Shown here: positions 21,401-33,052 of the stretch, one piece after another | How the letters are laid out: each line of letters starts with the position of its first letter | Position numbering within the stretch: position 1 is the stretch's first letter | NCBI RefSeq assembly: GCF_036365525.1 | Contig: NC_090378.1 | Span: 122,869,593-122,933,592 of the forward strand | Direction of reading: 5' to 3' | DNA from: Heterodontus francisci | Lineage: Eukaryota | DNA: 64,000 nt | Translations under genes and position numbers: made by a program | Notes under the pieces: model-generated | The model's input: only the letters and a program-made list of their open reading frames with translations | The model's database searches: none | Told to the model about the DNA's origin: nothing

Positions 21401-21856
21401 AGCTCCATCTGGACATTGTGTTCTGTCCCAGGGCAGCTCCATCTGGACATTTTGTTCTCCCCCAGGGCAGCTCCATCTGGACATTGTGTTCTGTCCCAGG
21501 GCAGCTCCATCTGGACATTGTGTTCTGTCCCAGGACAGCTCCATCTGGACATTGTGTTCTCCCCCAGGGCATTTCCATCTGGACATTGTGTTCTCCCCCA
21601 GGGCAGCTTCATCTTAACATTGTGTTCTGTCCCAGGGCAGCTCCATCTGGACATTGTGTTCTGTCCCAGGGCAGCTCCATCTGGACATTGTGTTCTGTCC
21701 CATAGCAGCTCCATCTGGACTTTGTGTTCCATCCCAGGGCAGCTCCATCTGGACATTGTGTTCTCCCCCAGGGCAGCTTCATCTTGACATTGTGTTCTCC
21801 CCCAGGGCAGCTCCATCTGGACATTGTGTTCTGTCCCAGGGCAGCTCCATCTGGAC
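18481..21856. repeat. 34-bp minisatellite, about 99 copies
   Basis: Unit CCATCTGGACATTGTGTTC(TGT/TCC/CGT/ACC/TTC)CCCAGGGCAGCT; 3376 bp / 34. Confidence 0.98.
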
Positions 21857-22599
21857 TTTCTCCCAAAGTTAAACTTCATATAGTATTCCACACAAATTAC
21901 AGTGTTGTCTGTCTCTAGAAGATTCATGGTGAAATGTCCAGCTCTTTGACTCTGTGCTGTTCTCCCATGTGAAGTACACTGCACCACTGGGTAACAATAC
22001 ATCCTGGTATGTTGGTTGCTCCCATGTCCTTGTTGGCCATTGAGCATTCACAATGTCCATTAAGGAAAGGAGCTCTGTTTACTGGAGAGCAGTGAGTTTG
22101 GAAGTTGTGACCGAGACCTTTCTCTTATTGTTGTGTCTTCTGAGAGTTGGAATTGGTGAGTCTGATTGTACATCAGAACCAGCATCAGTCACATTCAATG
22201 TTAGGAGGTTCAGCGATGGAATTACTTTCCAGTTTTAAGGCACAATTGTCGGCCACTGGAACTCTGTATAAATTCCACAATAGTGTAACAGGACAAGATT
22301 CCAGGTCTCAGACTTAGCAATGAGCTGAAAAGTCACAGAAAGGTGCAGACAAAAAGCAAGTTCCATGTCTACAGTACTCTCACTGACAGAACACAACCTC
22401 CCAGTGCTTACAGTCCACAGGGGACAGGGAAAACTGGGATAGAAACTTGGAAAATTTACAAGTTTCTTCCTCAAACCAGGAACAGCCCATACACCACTTT
22501 TTTGTTCAGTCCCCAGTTATACACAGAATGCATTGCAGTCTCATGTTTTGTTCATTTAAAACTAAACCTGTCTCTCATTCTGTAATTTGATCTTTGTTA

Positions 22600-22695
22600 T
22601 GGGTACGGTGTTGAAGTGGATATGATACTCAACTAGGAATCCAGTGGACTAATAATCCAAAGTGTGGGAGTTCAAATCCCACAATGGCTGTGAGA
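22600..22695 (+). mobile_element. Decayed tRNA-derived SINE head
   Basis: B-box-like GAGTTCAAATCCC at 22668-22680 with a weak upstream A-box-like segment. Confidence 0.45.
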
Positions 22696-22774
22696 ATCAT
22701 AGGCTCATTGAATGGTTGCAACACAGAAGGAGGCCATTCGGCCTGTCATATCTGTGCCAGCTTTTTCCAAAAGG

Positions 22775-23909
22775 CATAAAGACAGCATTTGACTGGGTAC
22801 GGCATCAAGGAGCCCCAGTAAAACTGGAGTCAAGGGGAATCGGGGAAATCTCTCCGCTGGTTGGAGTCATACCGAGCATAACAGAAGATGGCTGTTGTTG
22901 TTGGTGGTCAGTCATCTCATCTCCAGGACATCGCTGCAGGAGTTCCTCAGGGTAGTGTCCCAGGTTCATCCATCTTCAGCTGCTTCATCAAAGAGCTTCC
23001 TTCAATCATAAGATCAGAAGTGGGGATGTTCATTGATAATTGCACAATGTTCAGTTTCATTCATAACTCCTCAGATACTGAAGCAGTCCATGTAGAAATG
23101 CAGCAAGACCTGGACAATATCCAGGCTTGGGCTGATCAGTGGCAAGTAACATTCGCGCCACACAAGTGCCAGGCAATGACCATCTCCAACAAGAAGAATC
23201 CAACCAACATTCAATGGCATTACAATCGCTGAATCCCTCACTATCAACATCCTGGGAGTTACCATTGACCAGAAACTTAACTGAAGTAGCCATATAAATA
23301 CCGTGGCTACAAGAGCAGGTCAGAGGCTAGGAATCCTGCAGTGAGTAACGCACCTCCTGACTCCCCAAAGCCTGCCCATAAGGCACAAGGCAGGAGTGTG
23401 ATGGAATACCCTCCACTTGCCTGAATGGGTGCAGTTCCAACAACACTCAAGAAGCTCGACACCATCCAGGACAACGCAGCTTCTTGATTGGCACCTCATC
23501 CACAAACATTCATGCCCTCCATCACTGAAGCACAGTGACAGCAGTGTGTACCATCTACAAGATGCACTGCAGCAATGCACCAAGGCTCCTTAGACAGCAC
23601 CTTCCAAATCCGCGACCTCTACCAACTGGAAGGACAAGGGCAGCAAATCCATGGGAATACCACCACCTGCAAGTTCCCCTCCAAGTCACACACCATCCTG
23701 ATTTGGAACTGTATCGCCGTTCCTTCACTGATGGAGGGTCAAAAACCTGGAACTCCCTTCCTAACACCACTGTGGGTGTACCTACCCCAAATGGACTGCA
23801 GTGGTTCAAGAAGGCAGCTCACCACCACCTTCTCAAGGGCAATTAGAGATGATCAATAAATGCTGGCCTGGCCAGCGGCACCCACATCCCATGAACGAAT
23901 GAAATAAAA
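22775..23909 (+). mobile_element. Second CR1/L2-group LINE family (RT to 3' end), nested in a minus-strand CR1 3' fragment (22694-22770 and 23910-24130)
   Basis: GVPQGSVPGSSIFSCFI, QQDLDNIQAWADQWQVTFAPHKCQAM; 3' end CCCACATCCCATGAACGAATGAAATAAAA. Confidence 0.88.
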
Positions 23910-24484
23910 GCAACTCAACTCATCCCACTCCCCTGCCTTTTCCCCATAGCCCTGCAAATCGTTTCTCTTCAGGTGTTTATCCAATCCCCTTCTGAAAGCC
24001 CCGTTTGAATCAGCCTCCACCATACTCTCAGACAGTTCATTCCAGATCCTGACCACTCTCTGGGTAAAACAGTTTTTCCTCATGTCATCATTGGTTCCTT
24101 TACCAACCTCCTTAAATTGGTGTCCTATTCCTCTACACAGCGGGTCTTTCTCTCTCTCCAGGCAGGTCACAGCCAAATTCCAAAAATGCTTGCTCTTTGT
24201 CCAACTCATTGGTTTTAAAAAGTGTCAAAAGTGAAAGCAAACCTTCCTGAACCAATCACATGACAAGACAGTCTCTCCAGTCATTCAAAGTGTTGCTCTG
24301 AGCAGGTCAAAACCCCTTGCTGTTTCCTTGAAACTGTCTGCTTCCCAGTTCTTTTGTACAGAGTCAACATCCAAAAAATTCAGCTATTTGCAGGTCAATG
24401 TCCACTGAGTGAAAGTCCTTTTCTCAGTTTTTAAAACACAAAGAATTCTAAGTTCTGAGTACAAAAAGTAAAATTCTTGTTACA

Positions 24485-25403
24485 CTACGCTGAAGACGGT
24501 GCTGCAGGTGATCAGGAACAATGAGGGGAAATATGACTATTATATACACAAAATGAAGGCTCATGCTAAGACAGAGGTGAGATGGGGAGGAAACGAGAAA
24601 GAAGACATACTAGCAAAGAAAGGCGCTATAGGAGGAGAGTCTTGGGATCCCATGGAAGAAGTGGGAGAAATAGCAATGATGGCAGTGGTTGAGCCAGTGA
24701 GAGTGAGTGATCTTATAGAAGTGAAAAAGTTGGATCCAGCACTCAGGGAGGTGTTAAACAAACTAGAAAAGGAGGAGACTGTTGAGAGACCCTGTGGAAG
24801 AGCTGAAATGGGAATTAAAGAAGGGATGTTATTTAAAAATGACAAGTGGGTGGTGCCTACAACCCAGAGGGAAGATTTTCTCTGATTAGTACATGGAGGG
24901 ACCAGGAGCAGGACATCCTAGTGCAGAGGGAACATGGAAAAGAGTGAATGTGGTGGGATGGTGGCCTCATCAGACAGAGGATGTGGAGGATTTTTTTATA
25001 ATTGTTGATTTGTGCAGCCAATAATCCAGACCTACAGAGGAGAAAGGCACCTTTGGGGCACACCCAAAGATTAGAAGGACCTTGGCAGTGTGCATATAGA
25101 TTTTATAGAATCTCTTCCAACTTCCAGCAGTGGGAATAAATACTGTTTATTCTGGTTGATAACTTCACCAAATGGGTTGAGGCAGTTCCATGTAACGCAG
25201 CTACCGTCTGAACTATCTCGAAAATCCTGGTGAAGGAGATATTCTCCAGAAGGTGACTACCACGGATCATGGGATCAGATCAGGAAAGACACTTTACTGG
25301 AAAGGGAATGCCAGTGACTTTGAAACTGCTGGATATTGAAGGGAAATAGCACATAAATCATAATCCACAGTCCTCAGTAATTGTAGAGCACATGAATAAA
25401 ACC
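24485..25403 (+). mobile_element. Retrovirus-like pol fragment: RNase H C-terminus plus integrase (HHCC and DDE), disrupted
   Basis: HKMKAHAK...GGNEKEDILAKKGA. Hand translation across frameshifts gives VH..GPGAGHPSAE, GWWPH, NC/LICAANNP, GPWQ, HIDFIESLP, GNKYCL, VDNFTKWVEAVP, GSDQERHFTG, HNPQSSVIVEHMNKT. Confidence 0.85.
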
Positions 25404-25424
25404 CATTTGGCCCGTCATTTCTGT

Positions 25425-28400
25425 GAACACCTGGAAAGCATAAATGGGATTGGACAAAGTCAGCATGGGTTTACGGAAGGGAGATCATGCTTATCAAATC
25501 TACTGGAGTTTTTTGAGGCTGTAACTAGTAGAATAGATAAGGATGATAAGGATAATAGATAATAGATAACCAGTGGATGTGGTGTATTTGGATTTTCAGA
25601 AGGCTTTTGATAAGGTCCCACGTAAGAGGCTCGTGGGCAAAATTAAAGCACATGGGATTGGGGGTAATATATTGGCATGGAATGAGAATTGGTTTACAGA
25701 CAGGAAACAGAGTAGGAATAAATGGGTCTTTTCCGAGTGGCAGGCAGTGACGAGTGGGGTATGGCAGGGATCAGTGCTTGGGCCCCAGCTATTCACAATA
25801 TATATTAATGACTTGGGTGAGGGAACTAAATGTAACATTTCCAAGTTTGCAGACGACACAAAGCTGGAGGGGGGGTGGGGGGGGAGGTGGTGGTGGGGTG
25901 CGAGTGATCTGTGAGAAGGATGCAAAGAGGCTTCAATGTGATTTGCACAAGTTGGGTGAATGGGCAAATGCATGGTAGATGCAGTATAATGTGGATAAAT
26001 GTGAAGTAATCCACTTTGGTTGTAATAATAGAAAGGCAGATTATCTGTATGGTGATAGATTGGGTAAGGGGAAGGTGCAACGAGACCTGGGTGTCCTTGT
26101 ACACCAGTCACTGAAAGCAAGCATTCAGGTGCTGCAAGCAGTTAGGAAGGCAAATGGGATGTTGGCCTTCATTGCAAGAGGATTTGAGTACCGGAGTAAG
26201 GATGTCTTACTGCAGACGAGAGTGGTCCTAAAGGAAGGGTGCTAAATTGGGGGAAGGCCAACTATACCAAAATTCGGCAGGAGCTGGGGAATGTAGATTG
26301 GGAGCAGCTGTTTGAAGGTAAATCCACTTTTGATATGTGGGAGGCTTTTAAAGAGAGGTTGATTAGCGTACAGGAGAGACATGTTCCTGTGAAAATGAGG
26401 GGCAGAAATGGCAAGATTAGGGAACCATGGATGACAGGTGAAATTGTGAGACTAGCTAAGAGGAAAAAGGAAGCACACATAAGGTCTAGGCGGCTGAAGA
26501 AAGACGAAGCTTTGAAAGAATATCGGGATTGTAGGCGCAATCTGAAACGAGGAATTAATAGGGCTAAAAGGGGTCATGAAATATCTTTAGCAAACAGGGT
26601 TAAGGAAAATCCCAAAGCCTTTTATTCATATATAAGGAGCAAGAGGGTAACTAGAGAAAGGATTGGCCCACTCAAGGACAAAGGAGGAAAGTTATGCGTG
26701 GAGTCAGAGAAAATGGGTGAGATTCTAAACGAGTACTTTGCATCGGTATTCACCGAGGAGAGGGACATGACGGATGTTGAGGTTAGGGACAGATGTTTGA
26801 TTACTCTAGGTCAAGTCGGCATAAGGAGGGAGGAAGTGTTGGGTATTCAAAAAGGCATTAAGGTGGACAAGTCCCCAGGTCCGGATGGGATCTATCCCAG
26901 GTAACTGTGGGAAGCGAGAGAGGAAATAGTTGGGGCCTTAACAGATATCTTTGCAACATCCTTAAACACGGGTGAGGTCCCGGAGGACTGGAGAATTGCT
27001 AATGTTGTCCCCTTGCTTAAGAAGGGTAGCAGGGAAAATCCAGGTAATTATAGACCGGTGAGCCTGATGTCAGTGGTAGGGAAGCTACTGGAGAAGATAC
27101 TGAGGGATAGGATTTCCCATCTGGAAGAAAATGGGCTTATCAGTGATAGGCAACATGGTTTTGTGCAGGGAAGGTCATGTCTTACCAACTTAATAGAATT
27201 CTTTGAGGAAGTGACAAAGTTGATTGATGAGGGAAGGGCTGTAGATGTCATATACATGGACTTCAGTAAGGCGTTTGATAAGGTTCCCCATGGTAGGCTG
27301 ATGGAGAAAGTGAAGGCGCATGGGGTCCAAGGTGTACTAGCTAGATGGATAAAGAACTGGCTGGGCAACAGGAGACAGAGAGTAGCAGTAGAAGGGAGTT
27401 TCTCAAAATGGAGACGTGTGACCAGTGGTGTTCCACAGGGATCCGTGCTGGGACCACTGTTGTTTGTGATATACATAAATGATTTGGAGGAAAGTATAGG
27501 TGGTCTGATTAGCAAGTTTGCAGATGACACTAAGATTGGTGGAGTAGCAGATACTGAAGGGGACTGTCAGAGAATACAGCAGAATATAGATAGACTGGAG
27601 AGTTGGGCAGAGAAATGGCAGATGGAGTTCAATCAGGGCAAATGCGAGGTGATGCATTTTGGAAGATCCAATTCAAGAGTGAACTATACAGTAAATGGAA
27701 AAGTCCTGGGGAAAATTGATGTACAGAGAGATTTGGGTGTTCAGGTCCATTGTTCCCTGAAGGTGGCAACGCAGGTCAATAGAGTGGTCAAGAAGGCATA
27801 CGGCATGCTTTCCTTCATCGGACGGGGTATTGAGTACAAGAGTTGGCAGGTCATGTTACAGTTGTATAGGACTTTGGTTCGGCCACATTTGGAATACTGC
27901 GTGCAGTTCTGGTCGCCACATTACCAAAAGGATGTGGATGCTTTGGAGAGGGTGCAGAGGAGATTCACCAGGATGTTGCCTGGTATGGAGGGCGCTAGCT
28001 ATGAAGAGAGGTTGAGTAGATTAGGATTATTTTCATTAGAAAGACGGAGGTTGAGGGGGGACCTGATTGAGGTGTACAAAATCATGAGAGGTATAGACAG
28101 GGTGGATAGCAAGAAGCTTTTTCCCAGAGTGGGGGATTCAATTACAAGGGGACACGAGTTCAAAGTGAAAGGGGAAAAGTTTAGGGGGGATATGCGTGGA
28201 AAGTTCTTTACGCAGAGGGTGGTGGGTGCATGGAATGCATTACCAGCGGAGGTGGTAGACGCGGGCACGATAGCGTCTTTTAAGATGTATCTAGACAGAT
28301 ACATGAATGGGCAGGAAGTAAAGAGATACAGACCCTTAGAAAATAGGCGACAGTTTTAGATAGAGGATTTGGATCGGCGTAGGCTTGGAGGGCCGAAGGG

Positions 28401-29022
28401 CCTGTTCCTGTGCTGTAATTTTCTTTGTTCTTTGTTCTTTATACAGGGCCTTGGTGAGACCACGTCTGGAGTATATTGTGCAGTTTTGGTCTCCTTATCT
28501 GAGGAAGATGTTCTTGCCATGGAGGGAGTGCAAAGAAGATTTACTAGGCTGATTCCTGGAATGGCAGGATTGACGTATGATGAGAGAATGGATCGACTAG
28601 GCCTATATTCACTAGAGTTTAGAAGAATGAGAGGGGATCTCATAGAAACCTATAAAATTCTAACAGGACTAGACAGGCTCGATGCAGGGTGGATGTTCCT
28701 GATGGCTGGGGAGTCCAGAACCAGGGGTCACAGTCTCAGGATATGGGGTATGCCATTTAGAACCGAGATGAGGAGAAATTTCTTCACTCAGAGGGTGGTG
28801 AACCTGTGGAATTCTCTACCGCAGAAGGCAATGGAGGCCAAGTCATTAAAATATATTCAAGAAGGAGAAAAATATATTTCTGAATGCCAAAGGGATCAAG
28901 GGATATGGAGAGAAAGCAGGAACAGGAAACTGAATTAAACTATCAGCCATGATCTTTTTTGAATGGCGGAGCAGGCCTGAAGGGCCGAATGGCCTATTCC
29001 TGCTCCTATTTTCTATGTTTCT
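25425..29022 (+). mobile_element. Older CR1 LINE (25425-26215 and 28439-29022) hosting a nested young CR1
   Basis: [35 protein letters not shown]. The flanks rejoin as GATGTCTTACTGCAG|TTATACAGGGCCTTGGTGAGACC. Tail TTCTATGTTTCT. Confidence 0.9.
26216..28438 (+). mobile_element. Young 5'-truncated CR1 LINE with an almost intact RT frame
   Basis: ORFs 26239-26904 and 27013-28359 are in the same frame, separated by a single TAA (26902). Full RT motifs QHGF, YMDFSKAFDKVPH, GVPQGSVLGP, FADDTK; (TTCTTTG)n tail. Confidence 0.96.
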
Positions 29023-29115
29023 TTGTGCTGGTTCTCAGAATGAGCAATTCAGAGTGTGCCACACTCCCGCCTTCTCCCCGTAGCCCTGCACATTCTTCCT
29101 TTTCAGACAATAATA

Positions 29116-30030
29116 AAAAGGCAGTGGAAGCAGAGTCCTTAAATATTTTTAAGGCAGAGGGAGATAGATTCTTGATAAGGAAGAGGGAGAAAGGTTCTCA
29201 GAGGGAGGTGGGAATGTGGAGTCGTGGTTACAATCAGATCAGCCATGATCTTATTGAATAGTGCAGCAGGCTCGAGGGGCCGAGTGGCCTCCTCCTGCTC
29301 CTAATTCCTATGTTCGGATGCTTGTATCTGCTTCCACCACACTCTCAGACAGTGCATTTCAGATTCTAACCACTCGCTGTGTGAAAAGGTTTTCTTCATG
29401 TCTCCATTGCTTCTTTTGCCGATTATCTTAAATCTGTGCCCTCTGGTTCTCGATCCTTCCTTCAGTGGGAGCAGTTTCTCTCTATCTGCTCTGTCCAGAC
29501 CCCTCATGATTTTGAATACCTCGATCAAATCCCCTCTCAGCCCCAGCTTCTCCAATCTATCTACATAACTGAAGTTCCTCGTTCCTGGAACTATTCTTGT
29601 GAATCTTTTCTGCACCCTCTCTTATGCCTTCACATCCTTCCTTTCGTGTGGTGCTCAGAACTGGATGCAATGCTCCAGTTGACGATGAACCGGTGTTTTA
29701 TACATGTTTAACATAACTTCCTTGCTTTTGTACTCTGTGCCCTTACTGATAAAACTTAGGATGATGTATGCTTTATTAACCACCCTCACAACCTGTCCTG
29801 CCACTGCAATCATTTACACACATATACACCCAGGTCCCTCTGTTACTGCACCCACTTTAGAATTTTACCCTTTATTTTATATTGTTTCTCCACATTCTTT
29901 CTACCAAAATAAATCACTTCACACATTTCTACATTAAATTTCATCTGCCACTTGTCTGCCCATTCCACCAACCTGTCTATGTGCTTTGGAAGTTCTACAC
30001 TATCCTCCTCACAATTCACAATGCTTCCAA
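29116..30030. mobile_element. CR1 fragments (+ strand 3' end 29116-29313; - strand 29320-30030)
   Basis: KAVEAESLNIFKAEGDRFL on +; WADKWQMKFNVEMCEVIYFG and LRGDLIEVFKIMRG on -. Confidence 0.82.
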
Positions 30031-31129
30031 TGTGATCACAAATGACAGAATCTGCCCACACTGACAGTGAGTGAACTACACAGCACATTCAGACAGACCC
30101 GAACCACATCCCTATCCAATTAAATGATGCACGAACTTTGTTTCTCAGTGAAATCAGTAATAATCAACATCACAGGAACCAGCTCGGAAATTATTTTCTC
30201 GAAACACAATTTAAATTCAAGTACGAATGCCCAGCAAGCTGTACAAAGAATGTTACTGTTTATAAAGCAGCAAAGCAGTGAACTGCATTAGGCCCAGGAT
30301 AGTTTAACTACTTAGTAAAGGGTGCCCTCTATTGACTGTCATCACTGTCACATACACAGAATACACTGAACCATTAGTCAAACTCAAGTATAGTCGACAG
30401 GAGTTTATAATCCACCAGGGCCCTGAGCAGACATTTGCTTCGAGGTGTCTCTTGGTCTGTTGCTCTGGAATGTTGGATGTGGGAGATACACACAAGGATA
30501 TAGGAAAGCATATAACAAGAAAAGGCCATTCTGCTCATCAAGCCTGCTCCTTTCACTAACAAGGTACAAATCTTCCCTGTTCTCGATTATATTCCCACTG
30601 AATCTCAGAAGAGAAGTTTCTGTGTAAATACACTTTGATTGCCAAACATAATCAAACAAAATTAGAGAATAGTAATTCATCTTCCCATTTTCACCCCTGG
30701 ATTGCTCTCCTCGAGGGATCAATTTCCTCTTTGGAATATGTTAACAGACCTCATTATCTCAAACTGATATGGTTGTACAAAATGTACCATCCTGGATCAA
30801 TGGTTTAATTGGAACTAATTTTCACTCCGAGAATGTGTGTGTGTTCTGTGGAAATAATTCTTCACAAATCAAATTAACAATAGCATCAAATTAATCACCT
30901 CAATTGCTCCAAGGTTAAACAGGTTGACAGTGGGTGGCAACAGGCTATTCAATCATGGGGGCATCACAGGAAACCTGATTCTGTAATAATCTGACATCCC
31001 GACATACAGACTTTCTAGTGAGTAACATGTACAGTGATTGGAAACTGACACTTTAATTTAATTCAAGTTTTTATATAAAACTCACAAACTCCTGTTAAAA
31101 TGCATTTGTGAAGTTACCAAATATTGTCT

Positions 31130-31522
31130 TGTATTCCTCTGAGTTTAGAAAGTTGAACAGATGATTTAATTAAGGTGCTTAAAGTAATAAAAGGATTTGA
31201 TAGGTTTGATGTAGAGAAGTTATTTTATCAAGTTCAGGAATCCACAACAAGGTGACATAATCCTAAAATTAGAAGATTCGAAATCAGGAAGCACTTCTTC
31301 ACACAAAGGGTGGTGGAAATTGGAATTCTCTCCTCTAAAACATTGGAGATGTTGGTCAATTGACATTTGAAAGGCAGAGATTGACTGATATTTATTAGAT
31401 AAGGATAACAAGGAATATGGATCAAAGGCAGGTAAATGGAGTACAGATCAGCCATGATTGAACTGAATGATGGAACAGTCTTGAAGGGGCTGAATGGCCT
31501 ACCCCTGTTCCTATATTCTACA
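31130..31522 (+). mobile_element. Old CR1 3' fragment
   Basis: TTCTTCACACAAAGGGTGGTGGAAATTGGAATTCTCT and 3' UTR GGGCTGAATGGCCTACCCCTGTTCCTATATTCT. Confidence 0.75.
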
Positions 31523-33052
31523 TAGCAGAGTAACAGTTAAGTGCTCATTTGGAGGCTCATATCTGGGGCTTTGTTCTTTGCTGGGTTTCTGCTTCTGTGT
31601 TTACTTCCCGAGATACTAAACACAAAACACAACTTCACAAATTGAGTCAGAAGCAGCATCTTCAGCTACAGATGAAAGTTGATTTTCGCTGCCAGTTCAA
31701 ACTGCAGCACATTAGGGTCATTACAGTCGTAACCTTGGAGCGACTTCCAATTTCCACCAGCTGCTCCTGAGGAGTATCGATAAGAGGGAGACGGACAAGT
31801 CCCCACCCTCCCCCGCTCTCCTCCACATGTGGGGGGTGGGGAATAGGTGCTTAACCGTGGTTGCAGCAGGGGGGCTAAATTTTGCTCAGGGTGGGAATAC
31901 GACATTATTCCCGACTGTCCAAATCTGCTCCCTTTCCCAGACCATGGTGCCATTGACAGGAAACACTGGGTCACTAAACACTGGGCGGACACATACAGCA
32001 ATTTTACAGAATAAAAATTGGGTCACACTCACATTCACCTGTGTCTAAAGAATATTCTTGGTCTGATGTTGGATATTGAATCATCAGGTAACAGAAATAA
32101 GTCCTTGGTATTTATTCTGGAAAAAGTAAATCCCAACAATTACTTCCAATTAAATTATGACAAGAGCGAGAGGCCACACATTCAAACTAGTAAAAGGCAG
32201 CTTCAGGACTAATATCAAGGAGTCTTTCTTCACATCAGAGTAACTAATCATGGAATGGATTCCCAGATAAAGTAATGGAAATGAAAGTCATGGAAGAACC
32301 AGCTGGATGCTGCATTGGGGAGACTTTAGAGTCATCATCAATGGAGGAGCTAAGGTGGGCCGAATGGCCTTCCTCTTCCATTAATATCTTGTAATATATA
32401 GAGGAAAGGGGCAATGTCTGTCATCGTAAATGAAAGAACTGGATATTGAGGATTAGTGACTTGTTGAAACTGAAGTGTTCACACTCTTTGTTTCAGAGAC
32501 AGGATCAGTGACACCTACAATGAGATTTTTCTCAGCAATTTACCGAGACCTCAATATGCTGAGGAAATCTGTCCGAGTGTGGCACTGGGTACAGAAATTT
32601 AAAGTGAAATATAACCATTATTTCAGAACATCAGGAAATCCTTTTAAAAGTGATTCATTATCTTCACAAAGACTGCTGTGATGAACCAGTTCTCTGAGGA
32701 AGATCTTAATGTGTGTGATGTTTCAAAACACTGGCTTCAAACAGAGACTAGAAACATGCTTTCCTGCCCTCTGTCAGAATAGCTACAGTGATAAACCTGG
32801 GCCTAGGAATTCAGGTGCACCTATTTTTGGGAATGTGAACAATGATCCCAGTACCTGAATGGTGAAGTCCACGGCACCACCAACACTGGGTCACTGATCT
32901 CATTTCCATTGGGCTGGTGAGTTGTGGACAGCAACAGGTTTCTCTTTCTGAGGTCTGGCCTGCACTTTGGGCCACCAGACAATCCAGTAGAAATGAGGAA
33001 CTCACCACAGGAGGAAAAGTGGAGGTGGAATGGCACTGTGATACTTTGAGGA

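Noticed and set aside
18481-21856. CRISPR array (34-36 bp repeat length is CRISPR-like)
   Set aside because: Units are head-to-tail with no unique spacers, no cas genes, and the context is vertebrate. The same applies to the 36-bp array.
21857-22600. Possible exon on the minus strand (acceptor-like CTTTCTGTGACTTTTCAG near 22325-22342)
   Set aside because: All three frames hit stops within about 35 codons and no recognisable domain was found. A decayed pseudo-exon cannot be excluded without TBLASTX.
22600-22695. tRNA gene
   Set aside because: B-box only, no cloverleaf; better explained as a SINE head.
24140-24484. Possible LTR fragment on the minus strand (ends in TGTTACA)
   Set aside because: Only a TG-type terminus supports it; no partner LTR, PBS or TSD was seen, and orientation is opposite to the adjacent pol fragment.
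25530-25900. GATAA slippage repeats and a G-run inside the CR1
   Set aside because: Local replication slippage in a dead element; no evidence of function.
27013-28359. 448-aa ORF as a host gene
   Set aside because: It is the RT/C-terminal part of a 5'-truncated CR1 ORF2.
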